A stretch of 62,805 nucleotides of DNA from Candidatus Gottesmanbacteria bacterium (GTDB lineage: Bacteria; Patescibacteriota; Microgenomatia; UBA10105; UBA927): contig JACREM010000041.1 in the NCBI GenBank assembly GCA_016218215.1, positions 1-62,805 of the forward strand, read 5' to 3'. The notes under the pieces are model-generated. The model did not search any database, was not told the DNA's origin, and saw only the letters and a list, made by a program, of their open reading frames with translations. Positions 9,670 through 18,152 of the stretch are shown here, one piece after another. Numbering within the stretch: the first letter of the stretch is position 1; the number at the start of each line of letters is the position of its first letter. A program made the position numbers and the translations under genes.

Positions 9670-10389
9670 ATGCTTAGTCCATTATATTTACAACAACTTG
9701 CTACCAAATATCAAACGCCGGACATAAATATTTGTCGGGAATATGGACAACATGTACTCTTAAGCTATCTTTATCAAAGATCGGAAGCAAAAGATCTGTA
9801 TTTTAAAGGAGGAACAGCACTCCGGTTGCTTTACAGAAGCACTCGTTTTTCTGAAGATTTAGATTTCGATACTGTCGTACATACTAGCGGGATTTGGGAA
9901 AATGTATTGCAGGATACTCTTGTAGATGTCTCTCGCGAAGGCATAGAGACAGACATAAAAGAGAGTAAAACTACCAGTGGTGGTTATCTTTGTATTGTAA
10001 TATTGAGAAATATTGGTCAGCCTATCACTATTCACTTAGAAATATCATTTCGGAAAGATATAGTGCTAGGAGAGATATTTACCGTCGAAAATGATTTTGT
10101 TTCTGTTTATCCGGTAAAAAGTTTACCTACCAAAAATTTAATTGAAGGTAAATTTCATGCACTATTTGATCGTCAGAAGGCTCGTGATTTTTATGATATA
10201 TATTTTTTGTTACGGGCAAATCTGCTAACCCCCGGCCAAAAAAAACAGTTATATAAAGTGAAACAATTACTTTCCAAAACAACATTGAGTTTTGACAGAG
10301 AGCTATCATTGTTTCTTCCAAAGAGCCAGGTTTTGATTATCCGGGACTTTCGTAATACTTTGTTACGGGAGATTGAACGAAACATTTAA
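9670..10389 (+). CDS. abiEii: Nucleotidyltransferase toxin, AbiEii/AbiGii family
   Basis: 239 aa with the signature [24 protein letters not shown] and the C-terminal motif [11 protein letters not shown]. Confidence 0.85.
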   Translation: MLSPLYLQQLATKYQTPDINICREYGQHVLLSYLYQRSEAKDLYFKGGTALRLLYRSTRFSEDLDFDTVVHTSGIWENVLQDTLVDVSREGIETDIKESKTTSGGYLCIVILRNIGQPITIHLEISFRKDIVLGEIFTVENDFVSVYPVKSLPTKNLIEGKFHALFDRQKARDFYDIYFLLRANLLTPGQKKQLYKVKQLLSKTTLSFDRELSLFLPKSQVLIIRDFRNTLLREIERNI

Positions 10390-10393
10390 CACT

Positions 10394-11443
10394 ATGAAAC
10401 GAAAAAAAGTCCTTATTACTGGATCTGCCGGGCTGATCGGATCGGAAGCCGTACGATTTTATTGTGATAAAGGTTCCGAAGTTCACGGTATAGACAATAA
10501 CATGCGAGCGTATTTTTTCGGCGCAGACGGAGACACCGGTTGGAATAAAAAAAAGCTAATCAAAGATTACAAAAATTATATTCATCATCAGATTGATATA
10601 CGCGACGAAAAAAAGATAGATGATATTTTTAAATCTATACGCTTTGATCTCATCATTCATGCCGCCGCTCAACCATCACATGATTGGGCTGCAAAGGAGC
10701 CGATGACTGATTTTACCATTAATGCCGTAGCGACTCTTCTGCTTCTTGAAAAAACAAGAACGTATGCTAAAGATGCGGTGTTTATTTTTACGTCAACGAA
10801 TAAAGTGTACGGGGATAATCCAAATCTCCTGCCGCTCATAGAAGAAGCAACACGGTACGAATTACCAAAGAGTCATCCGATGTATAAGGGCATAGATGAG
10901 AGTATGAGTCTCGACCATACGACACATAGCATTTTTGGTGTTTCTAAGGCGTCAGCAGATCTCATGGTACAGGAGTACGGCAGGTATTTTGGTCTTTATA
11001 CCGGTGTTTTCCGAGGCGGATGTCTCACAGGAAGTGCTCATTCGCCCTCAAAATTTCACGGTTTCCTTGCATATCTCGTGAAATGTATCCGTGAAGGTAT
11101 TCCATACACTATCATCGGATACAAAGGAAAACAGGTGCGGGATAATATCCATTCACATGATCTGATAACGGCTTTTGATGCGTTCTTTGAGAATCCAAAA
11201 AAAGGCGAGGTCTATAATATCGGCGGCTCCCGACATTCAAATATTTCCATGACCGAGGCTGTGAAGTGTGTTGAAGCGATACTCGGTAAAAAAGCAAAAG
11301 TGACATATATTGATACTCCCAGAGTAGGTGATCATATGTGGTACGTTTCAGACACCGGAAAATTTCAAAGGCATTATCCCAAATGGAAATATGAATATGA
11401 TATCGAGAAAATTCTCCAGGATTTGTGCAAAGGATACAGGTAA
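10394..11443 (+). CDS. NAD-dependent sugar epimerase (SDR; CDP-paratose/tyvelose 2-epimerase-like)
   Basis: Rossmann motif [10 protein letters not shown], then STNKVYGD and the catalytic YxxxK (FGVSKASAD). Overall layout resembles CDP-tyvelose 2-epimerase. I placed the start at [10 protein letters not shown], 4 nt after the abiEii stop, rather than at the ORF-track ATG 10373. Confidence 0.7.
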   Translation: MKRKKVLITGSAGLIGSEAVRFYCDKGSEVHGIDNNMRAYFFGADGDTGWNKKKLIKDYKNYIHHQIDIRDEKKIDDIFKSIRFDLIIHAAAQPSHDWAAKEPMTDFTINAVATLLLLEKTRTYAKDAVFIFTSTNKVYGDNPNLLPLIEEATRYELPKSHPMYKGIDESMSLDHTTHSIFGVSKASADLMVQEYGRYFGLYTGVFRGGCLTGSAHSPSKFHGFLAYLVKCIREGIPYTIIGYKGKQVRDNIHSHDLITAFDAFFENPKKGEVYNIGGSRHSNISMTEAVKCVEAILGKKAKVTYIDTPRVGDHMWYVSDTGKFQRHYPKWKYEYDIEKILQDLCKGYR

Positions 11444-11455
11444 TACTATAAGTAT

Positions 11456-12244
11456 ATGAAAACAATCATTTTGTGTGGTGGAATAGGATATAGATTAAAA
11501 GAAGAGACAGAATTTAAGCCAAAGCCCATGGTTCAAATCGGCAATAAGCCGATACTCTGGCATATCATGAAAATCTATGCACACTTTGGGTATAACGAAT
11601 TTATTATTGCGCTCGGATACAAAGGTGATGATATAAAAGAATATTTTTTGAATCAAAAATATTTTACTCATGATTTTACACTTTTGACGAAAAGCGGAGT
11701 GACGAAAATTCATAAGGAAAATGATAATGGCAAGGGAGTGGATGAATTTAAAATTACATTTGTTGATACGGGTCGCGATACGCTTCCGGGAGAACGAATT
11801 TTACGACTTCAGGAGTATATTCCAAAGACCGATAAAAGTTTTATGGTGACGTATGGCGACGGAGTCAGCAACATAGACATTCGGAAACTTGTCGTGTTTC
11901 ACAACAAACAAAAAACTATAGGAACTGTAACCGGTGTACATCCGAGGAGCAAATACGGTCTCATATCTTTAAATACGAAAACACATATCATAGATGGGTT
12001 TACCGAGAAACCGGTGTTAAATGAGTGGGTAAATGGGGGATTTATGGTATTTAGAAAAGAATTTTTTTCATACCTTAGAAAAGGAGAGATGGAGCATGAA
12101 GCAATACGTCGTCTTATAGCGATAAAACAGCTATCTTTGTATATTCATACCGGTTTTTGGCATGCGATGGATACGTATGTCGATGTGGAAAACCTTAATA
12201 AATACTGGCATGAAAAACCGGAATGGAAGATATGGAAAGACTGA
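11456..12244 (+). CDS. rfbF: Glucose-1-phosphate cytidylyltransferase
   Basis: MKTIILCGGIGYRLKEETEFKPKPMVQIGNKPILWHIMKIYAHFGYNEFIIALGYKG closely parallels the Salmonella RfbF N-terminus. Confidence 0.9.
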   Translation: MKTIILCGGIGYRLKEETEFKPKPMVQIGNKPILWHIMKIYAHFGYNEFIIALGYKGDDIKEYFLNQKYFTHDFTLLTKSGVTKIHKENDNGKGVDEFKITFVDTGRDTLPGERILRLQEYIPKTDKSFMVTYGDGVSNIDIRKLVVFHNKQKTIGTVTGVHPRSKYGLISLNTKTHIIDGFTEKPVLNEWVNGGFMVFRKEFFSYLRKGEMEHEAIRRLIAIKQLSLYIHTGFWHAMDTYVDVENLNKYWHEKPEWKIWKD

Positions 12245-13200
12245 AAAACGTCAGGGTGCTTGTTACCGGAGGATCAGGATTCATAGGGGGATACGTAGTT
12301 AAAAAATTACTTTCAAAAGGTTACAAAGTAAGTGTTATAGATATCAATATCCATAGTTCTTCAGTATTTTTTCTTGAGAAATTAAAATCACAGGTGAAGT
12401 TTACTAATTTAGACATACGCGACAGACCGAAGGTTTTTCGATTTTTTTCAAAATATAAATTTGACTATGTCATCCATCTCGCCGCCGAGCCAATCGTTGA
12501 ACGTGGATATGATGATCCTCTCAAGACATTTGAAACAAATATCATGGGAACAGCAAATGTGCTCGAGGGCTTACGAAGATCGTCTCCTAAGACTGGAGTT
12601 ATTGTGGCTTCTTCTGATAAAGCGTACGGAAAGACTCAAGATAAAACGTATACAGAGAAGTCTCCGCTCGTAGGCGATCACCCGTATGATGTATCAAAAT
12701 CCTGTACGGACCTCATTGCCCAGACATATGCCAAGACCTACGGTATGCCGATCGTGGTGACGAGATTTGGAAACGTCTACGGTGGAGGGGATGTACATCT
12801 CGATCGGATTATCCCCGGTATATGCATGGCAATCATAGATAAGAAGAAATTAAACGTACGAAGTGATGGGACGTATGTCCGTGATTATATATATGTCGAA
12901 GATGTCGCGGATGGATACATATTTTTACTCAAAAATATAGATAAAGCGGCGGGGCAGGTATATAATTTTTCTTCCGACGATAATTTTTCCGTCGTTGATT
13001 TAATACATAAAGCGTCGGAGTATTTAGGAGAAAAAATTTCATATAATATATTAAATTCTGCAAAGAATGAAATACCATATCAACATCTGGATTATTCAAA
13101 AATTCGAACATTAGGATGGAAGCCAAAGCATACATTAAAAGTCGGACTGGAAAAAACACTTTCCTGGTATAAAAAATTTTATAAAGCCGGATTAAATTAG
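12223..13200 (+). CDS. rfbG: CDP-glucose 4,6-dehydratase-like SDR
   Basis: VTGGSGFIGG, ASSDKAYG and YDVSKSC (YxxxK) are present. GNVYGGGDVHLDRIIPG matches the RfbG motif GNVIGGGDWALDRIVPD. The start could be 12223 or 12232. Confidence 0.7.
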   Translation: MEDMERLKNVRVLVTGGSGFIGGYVVKKLLSKGYKVSVIDINIHSSSVFFLEKLKSQVKFTNLDIRDRPKVFRFFSKYKFDYVIHLAAEPIVERGYDDPLKTFETNIMGTANVLEGLRRSSPKTGVIVASSDKAYGKTQDKTYTEKSPLVGDHPYDVSKSCTDLIAQTYAKTYGMPIVVTRFGNVYGGGDVHLDRIIPGICMAIIDKKKLNVRSDGTYVRDYIYVEDVADGYIFLLKNIDKAAGQVYNFSSDDNFSVVDLIHKASEYLGEKISYNILNSAKNEIPYQHLDYSKIRTLGWKPKHTLKVGLEKTLSWYKKFYKAGLN

Positions 13201-13210
13201 GAGGTATAGT

Positions 13211-14341
13211 ATGAAACAGAAGAAAAAATTTTCTCCCAAAGAGCTCATCCTCACCGCGGGTCCCTCTGTGTCGGAAAAAGAAGTGAGGTATGTGACGGAT
13301 GCCGTGAAGCATGGATGGAATAACCATTATAGAGATTATATAGAGAAATTTGAGAGCGCTTTTGCAAAATATATCGGCGTGAAATACGCGCTTTCATTAT
13401 CCAGCGGCACAGCTGCTCTTCATCTGGCTGCAATAGGGTGCGACATCGGGCCAGGTGATGAAGTGATTGTACCCGAAATTACTTTTGTCGCTTCAGCAAA
13501 TGTGGTGAAATACGTGGGTGCAACACCTGTTTTCGTTGATATTGAATCCGATACCTGGTGCATGGATCCGGTGAGCTTGAGAAAAGCGATAACTAAAAAA
13601 ACAAAAGCCATCATGCCTGTCCATATCTACGGACATCCGGCAAACATGATCGAGATCAACAAAATAGCCAAAGAATTCAAGCTGAAAGTTATTGAGGACG
13701 CGTGCCCGTCCATAGGCGCAGAGGTAAACGGCAAGAAAACAGGTGCATTAAGTGACGTCGGATGTTTTAGTTTTCAGGGTGCAAAAGCTGTGGTGACCGG
13801 AGAGGGCGGGATGCTTGTAACTGATGACAGATATATCTATGAAAAAGCCAGAGACTACGGAAATCATGCTAAGGATCACACCAAAGCTATGTGGCATACA
13901 GACATAGGCTACATGTACAGAATGACGAATATGCAGGCGGCATTTGGGCTTGCCCAGATAGAGCGGGTGGGAACGATGGTAGAGAAAAAAAGGAAGATTT
14001 TTAGTTGGTATAAGGAATTTTTAGATGGAGTGCACGGAATTACACTGAATACTGAAAAGCCATGGGCAAAAAATGAATACTGGATGTCCTCGATAGTTCT
14101 TGATAAGAGCGTACGAATAACCAGAGATGATATGATGGTGGAATTGAAAAAGAGGAATATTGATACTCGTCCATTTTTCTATCCCATCAGCATGCTGCCG
14201 ATGTATTCATCGGTCAAGGTGAATAATCCCGTCGCTTACTATGTAGGCCCACATGGGATCAATCTTCCGAGTGGACATAATCTGACTCGTGAACAAGTGA
14301 GATATGTGAGTTTGGCTGTAAAGGAGCTAATTCGGAAGTAA
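13211..14341 (+). CDS. DegT/DnrJ/EryC1/StrS family PLP-dependent sugar aminotransferase
   Basis: 376 aa with GTAALHLA, VIVPEITFVASAN and the FSFQGAKAVVTGEGG Schiff-base lysine context. A GGAGG Shine-Dalgarno sequence lies upstream. Confidence 0.85.
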   Translation: MKQKKKFSPKELILTAGPSVSEKEVRYVTDAVKHGWNNHYRDYIEKFESAFAKYIGVKYALSLSSGTAALHLAAIGCDIGPGDEVIVPEITFVASANVVKYVGATPVFVDIESDTWCMDPVSLRKAITKKTKAIMPVHIYGHPANMIEINKIAKEFKLKVIEDACPSIGAEVNGKKTGALSDVGCFSFQGAKAVVTGEGGMLVTDDRYIYEKARDYGNHAKDHTKAMWHTDIGYMYRMTNMQAAFGLAQIERVGTMVEKKRKIFSWYKEFLDGVHGITLNTEKPWAKNEYWMSSIVLDKSVRITRDDMMVELKKRNIDTRPFFYPISMLPMYSSVKVNNPVAYYVGPHGINLPSGHNLTREQVRYVSLAVKELIRK

Positions 14342-14348
14342 ATATTGC

Positions 14349-14406
14349 TGTCATCCCCGACCTGATCGGGGATCCAGACTGGATTCCCGCGTTCGCGGGA
14401 ATGACA
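14349..14406. repeat. Intergenic double-hairpin palindromic element (REP-like)
   Basis: ATCCCCGA-cctga-TCGGGGAT (14353-14373) and ATTCCCGC-gttc-GCGGGAAT (14383-14402) are closed by TGTCAT/ATGACA (14349-14354 / 14401-14406). Confidence 0.55.
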
Positions 14407-14423
14407 ATTGCATTTGGTTTTTT

Positions 14424-15101
14424 ATGAAAGAATCAATGGTTAAGCGCGAAAAAAGAATAGAAACATTACTCCATGATATAAAGCATGCAAATTCAGGTGA
14501 TGAGTATGCTCTTCAATTTTCGGTAGACGCAAAAAAATATCGACTCATACCCATAACATACAAAGATCAAGAGTCACGAAATGCAGTAATACTACTTACA
14601 GCATGGAGAAAGAAAAATGATTGGTGGTTTCCGTCGCAGTTTAAAGTGACGTACGAGGGTACGAAGAGATGGCTTACTTCACAGCTTCTAGAAAAAAAAG
14701 GGAGAGTATTATTTTTTCTTGAAGATGAGAAGCGAAATAAAATTGGTCACTTGGGGCTTTATTCTTTTGATTTCAAGCATAACTCGTGTGAGATAGATAA
14801 TGTGATACGCGGAGAAGAAAGTGCTCCCGGGGTTATGACGGATGCACTCAATACTCTCATGCAGTGGACGTATGACGTGTTAAAAATTAAGACCATGTAT
14901 CTTCGGGTTTTTAGTGACAACGAGCGGGCGATAAAATTATACAGACGGTGTAACTTTGTAGATGATGATTTAATTCCACTAGTGAAGGAGGTTCGAGATG
15001 ACGGCACGTATTGGATTGAAGATTCAAAAATGAAAGCTAAGCCTGAGAGAAGTTTTCTCAAAATGAGGCATGTGCCAAAAAAGTTGAAAGACACAAGATG
15101 A
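14424..15101 (+). CDS. GNAT family N-acetyltransferase
   Basis: 225 aa. The acetyl-CoA-binding region reads RGEESAPGVMTDALNTLMQW..LRVFSDNERAIKLYRRCNF. Confidence 0.75.
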   Translation: MKESMVKREKRIETLLHDIKHANSGDEYALQFSVDAKKYRLIPITYKDQESRNAVILLTAWRKKNDWWFPSQFKVTYEGTKRWLTSQLLEKKGRVLFFLEDEKRNKIGHLGLYSFDFKHNSCEIDNVIRGEESAPGVMTDALNTLMQWTYDVLKIKTMYLRVFSDNERAIKLYRRCNFVDDDLIPLVKEVRDDGTYWIEDSKMKAKPERSFLKMRHVPKKLKDTR

Positions 15102-15919
15102 AAGATATAGGCCAACTTAAACAAATAGCAAGAGAAGTGAGAAAAAATATACTCACAATGAGTGCGAGAGCAAAAAGTGCACACATGGGAGGAGCCCTTT
15201 CCGTCGTTGAAATTCTCGTGACTTTGTACTATCAGATTATGAAAAATAACCCCAAAAATCCGGAAGATCCCAAGCGCGACAGACTGATATTAAGCAAGGC
15301 ACACGATGCTAAGGCGCTTTTTGCTGTACTCGCAGAGTGTGGATATTTTGATAAAAAAATTCTCGAAGGATATGAAATGGATGGCGGAATTCTCGCCGGA
15401 CACTCTGTGCGTCATGCAGTGCCCGGAGTGGAGGCGTCAGCCGGAGCATTGGGTCACGGGCTGTCAATCGCGACAGGCGTTGCCCTCGCCGGCAAAAAAT
15501 CGGGTCAGAAATATAAAACATATGCGATTCTCTCTGACGGTGAGTGCGACGAGGGGTCTATCTGGGAAGCAGCTCTATTTGCCGGTCATCATGCACTGGA
15601 AAATCTCGTCGTTGTTATTGACCATAACAAACTTCAAGGGTATGGATATACGAAAGATGTTCTCAATTTAGAGCCATTTGCCGAAAAGTGGGAGAGTTTT
15701 GGCTTTGGAGTAAAAGAAGTAGAGGGACATGATATGAAAAAGCTTTCATCGGTATTTAGTAAAACCCCGTTTAAAAAACACAAACCAAGTGTCGTCATCG
15801 CACATACCATAAAGGGACTAGGGGGGATGAAACAGCACATCGGACAGATTTCTTCCCAATATAAACCACCGACGCAGGATGAGCTTGCAGATTTACTCAT
15901 AGAATTGGAGAAGTCATGA
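15098..15919 (+). CDS. Transketolase, N-terminal (ThDP/PP-binding) subunit
   Basis: GHSVRHAVPGVEASAGALGHGLSIATG and LSDGECDEGSIWEAALFAGHHALENLVVVIDHNKLQ are present. ATGA overlap on both sides. Confidence 0.85.
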   Translation: MKDIGQLKQIAREVRKNILTMSARAKSAHMGGALSVVEILVTLYYQIMKNNPKNPEDPKRDRLILSKAHDAKALFAVLAECGYFDKKILEGYEMDGGILAGHSVRHAVPGVEASAGALGHGLSIATGVALAGKKSGQKYKTYAILSDGECDEGSIWEAALFAGHHALENLVVVIDHNKLQGYGYTKDVLNLEPFAEKWESFGFGVKEVEGHDMKKLSSVFSKTPFKKHKPSVVIAHTIKGLGGMKQHIGQISSQYKPPTQDELADLLIELEKS

Positions 15920-16845
15920 GAAATACGTTTGCAAAAGTGCTACTTGAGGAGGCAAAGAAAAATAAGAAGGTTATTTTTCTGACAGGAGATCTTGGTTTCT
16001 CTGTGTTTGAGGATTTCCAGAAGGAGTGCCCGGATCAGTTTATAAACGCGGGTGTAGCTGAACAGAACATGACGGGTGTGGCAGCCGGGCTTGCCATGGA
16101 AGGCATGATTCCCATCATCTATTCCATCATCCCATTTGTGACGATGAGAAATTTTGAACAGATACGAAATGATATCTGTTATCAGAATTTGAATGTAAAG
16201 ATTGTTGCAGTTGGTGCTGGTTTTTCGTACGGACCATACGGACATACCCACCATGGACTTGAAGATATTGGAATCATGAGAACGCTCCCGGGGTTGACAA
16301 TTCTTGCTCCCGGGGACCCTACAGAGGCACGGCTTGCAACTGAAGCGATGTTTAAATATGTAGGGCCTACGTATCTTCGACTTGGAAAGGGCGGAGAGCC
16401 AATTGTTCATGAGGCTGAGCCTCTGTTTACCATAGGAAAAGCAATTGAACTTTCCAAAGGACGCGATATTACAATTGTGACCACTTCAAATATGCTCTCC
16501 CGGGGCAATGAAGTGAGGTTAGATTTGGAGACAAAAGGGTATTCGGTCGGACTTGTCAGCATGCATACGATAAAACCTTTAGATGTGTCGTTCATTCTGA
16601 GATTATCCAATTCCTGCAGGGCGATTTTTACCATAGAGGAGCATAGTATTATAGGAGGACTTGGGAGCAGTGTCGCCGAGGTGTTAGCGGAACAGAATAA
16701 TACAGTAATTTTTAAGAGGTTCGGAGTTTCTGATAGGTTTACGAAAGTGAATGGATCCCGGACGTATCTACAAAAAGCAAATGGGCTTAATACTGAGACT
16801 CTTTCAGAGTCTATGATACATATTATGAAAAAGAAAAAGATATGA
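15916..16845 (+). CDS. Transketolase, C-terminal (pyrimidine-binding) subunit
   Basis: FINAGVAEQNMTGVAAGLAMEG and HHGLEDIGIMRTLPGLTILAPGD are present. It is paired with the N-terminal subunit gene. Confidence 0.85.
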   Translation: MRNTFAKVLLEEAKKNKKVIFLTGDLGFSVFEDFQKECPDQFINAGVAEQNMTGVAAGLAMEGMIPIIYSIIPFVTMRNFEQIRNDICYQNLNVKIVAVGAGFSYGPYGHTHHGLEDIGIMRTLPGLTILAPGDPTEARLATEAMFKYVGPTYLRLGKGGEPIVHEAEPLFTIGKAIELSKGRDITIVTTSNMLSRGNEVRLDLETKGYSVGLVSMHTIKPLDVSFILRLSNSCRAIFTIEEHSIIGGLGSSVAEVLAEQNNTVIFKRFGVSDRFTKVNGSRTYLQKANGLNTETLSESMIHIMKKKKI

Positions 16846-18143
16846 GAGATGTTTCGCTTGAAACTTTTATAAAAAAGTATTACCGCTCGCATTTTCGTTT
16901 GAAAAAATTTGAACCCGGTGTGACACCTGTTCCCGTGTCGGGAAAAGTTTTTGATGATAGAGAATTACTGTTTGGAACTCAAGCAGTACTAGACGGATGG
17001 TGGACAGAAGGGGAGTTTGCAGAGAAGTTTGAAAAAGATTTTTCTATGGTTGTGGGCGCAAGATATGTGAGTCTCGTAAATTCCGGCTCATCAGCGAATT
17101 TGATTGCTTTTTCAGCTTTGACATCGACCGTTTTTGGTGAGAGGGCTCTCAAACCCGGGGATGAGGTCATAACAGTTGCGACAGGTTTTCCAACGACGGT
17201 AAATCCGATCATTCAGAATCGTTGTATTCCTGTATTTATTGACAATGATATTGCGACGAAAAATGCAACGATTGACGGCATAAAAAAAGCGCTTTCAAAA
17301 AAAACAAAAGCCATCATGCTTGCTCATACTCTCGGAAATCCATTGCCGTTGGATGAGATATTAGCTTTAGTGAAAGAGAAAAGACTTTGGTTTATAGAAG
17401 ACTGCTGCGATGCTCTTGGATCTACCTATAAGGGGAAACACGTGGGTACATTTGGAGATATAGCGACGTTTTCTTTTTACCCTGCACACCAGATTACCAT
17501 GGGCGAAGGGGGCGCCGTAGTAGCTCAGAAGCCACTATTACACAAAGCGATCCGTCAGTTCCGTGATTGGGGTCGCGACTGTTGGTGCGACACGGGAAAA
17601 GATGATACATGTCACAGACGATTTAAGTGGCAGCTTGGTGATCTTCCCATGGGGTACGATCATAAATATATCTATTCTCAGATCGGCTACAACGTAAAGC
17701 TGACCGATATGCAAGTTGCGATTGGGCTCGCTCAACTTGGAAAACTTCCCGGATTTATCAAGAAACGGAAGAGTAACTTTGGCAAACTCTATACAGGATT
17801 ATTAAAGTACTCAAGGTTTCTAACATTTTCGACTGCGGAAAATGGATCGGATCCTTGCTGGTTTGGTTTTGCAATAGTCGTGAACAAAAACGCCCCGTTT
17901 TTTAAACTAGATCTGGTTCAGTATCTGGAGTCGAAAAAAATAGGAACAAGAAGTTTATTTGCAGGTAATTTATTAAAGCATCCTGCGTATAAAGGAAGAA
18001 CTGACATACGTCTTTCCGGAGCTCTGACAAATTCTGACGTACTTATGGAGAATGGCTTTTGGATAGGTGTGTATCCTGGCATCTCAGAGGAGATGATACG
18101 GTATATTCTCCGTACATTCGATATGTTTATGAAACAATGGTAA
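16842..18143 (+). CDS. rfbH: CDP-6-deoxy-4-hexulose 3-dehydrase (E1, RfbH/DdhC type; PMP and [2Fe-2S])
   Basis: 433 aa aminotransferase fold. His replaces the PLP lysine (FSFYPAHQIT). The exact C-X57-C-X1-C-X7-C spacing is present (EDCC..57 aa..DCWCDTGKDDTCHRRF). Confidence 0.85.
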   Translation: MRDVSLETFIKKYYRSHFRLKKFEPGVTPVPVSGKVFDDRELLFGTQAVLDGWWTEGEFAEKFEKDFSMVVGARYVSLVNSGSSANLIAFSALTSTVFGERALKPGDEVITVATGFPTTVNPIIQNRCIPVFIDNDIATKNATIDGIKKALSKKTKAIMLAHTLGNPLPLDEILALVKEKRLWFIEDCCDALGSTYKGKHVGTFGDIATFSFYPAHQITMGEGGAVVAQKPLLHKAIRQFRDWGRDCWCDTGKDDTCHRRFKWQLGDLPMGYDHKYIYSQIGYNVKLTDMQVAIGLAQLGKLPGFIKKRKSNFGKLYTGLLKYSRFLTFSTAENGSDPCWFGFAIVVNKNAPFFKLDLVQYLESKKIGTRSLFAGNLLKHPAYKGRTDIRLSGALTNSDVLMENGFWIGVYPGISEEMIRYILRTFDMFMKQW

Positions 18144-18152
18144 AATGGTTTC

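Noticed and set aside
14383-14402. ATTCCC-N8-GGGAAT matches the consensus shape of the Neisseria dRS3 repeat, suggesting a phage or island attachment site.
   Set aside because: The resemblance is to a very short, degenerate consensus. There are no flanking mobile genes or duplicated copies in the window. It is kept only as a generic REP-like palindrome.
15940-16892. Two minus-strand ORFs of 156 aa and 161 aa.
   Set aside because: They are antisense to the transketolase C-terminal subunit gene, whose motifs are unambiguous. They show no domain signal.
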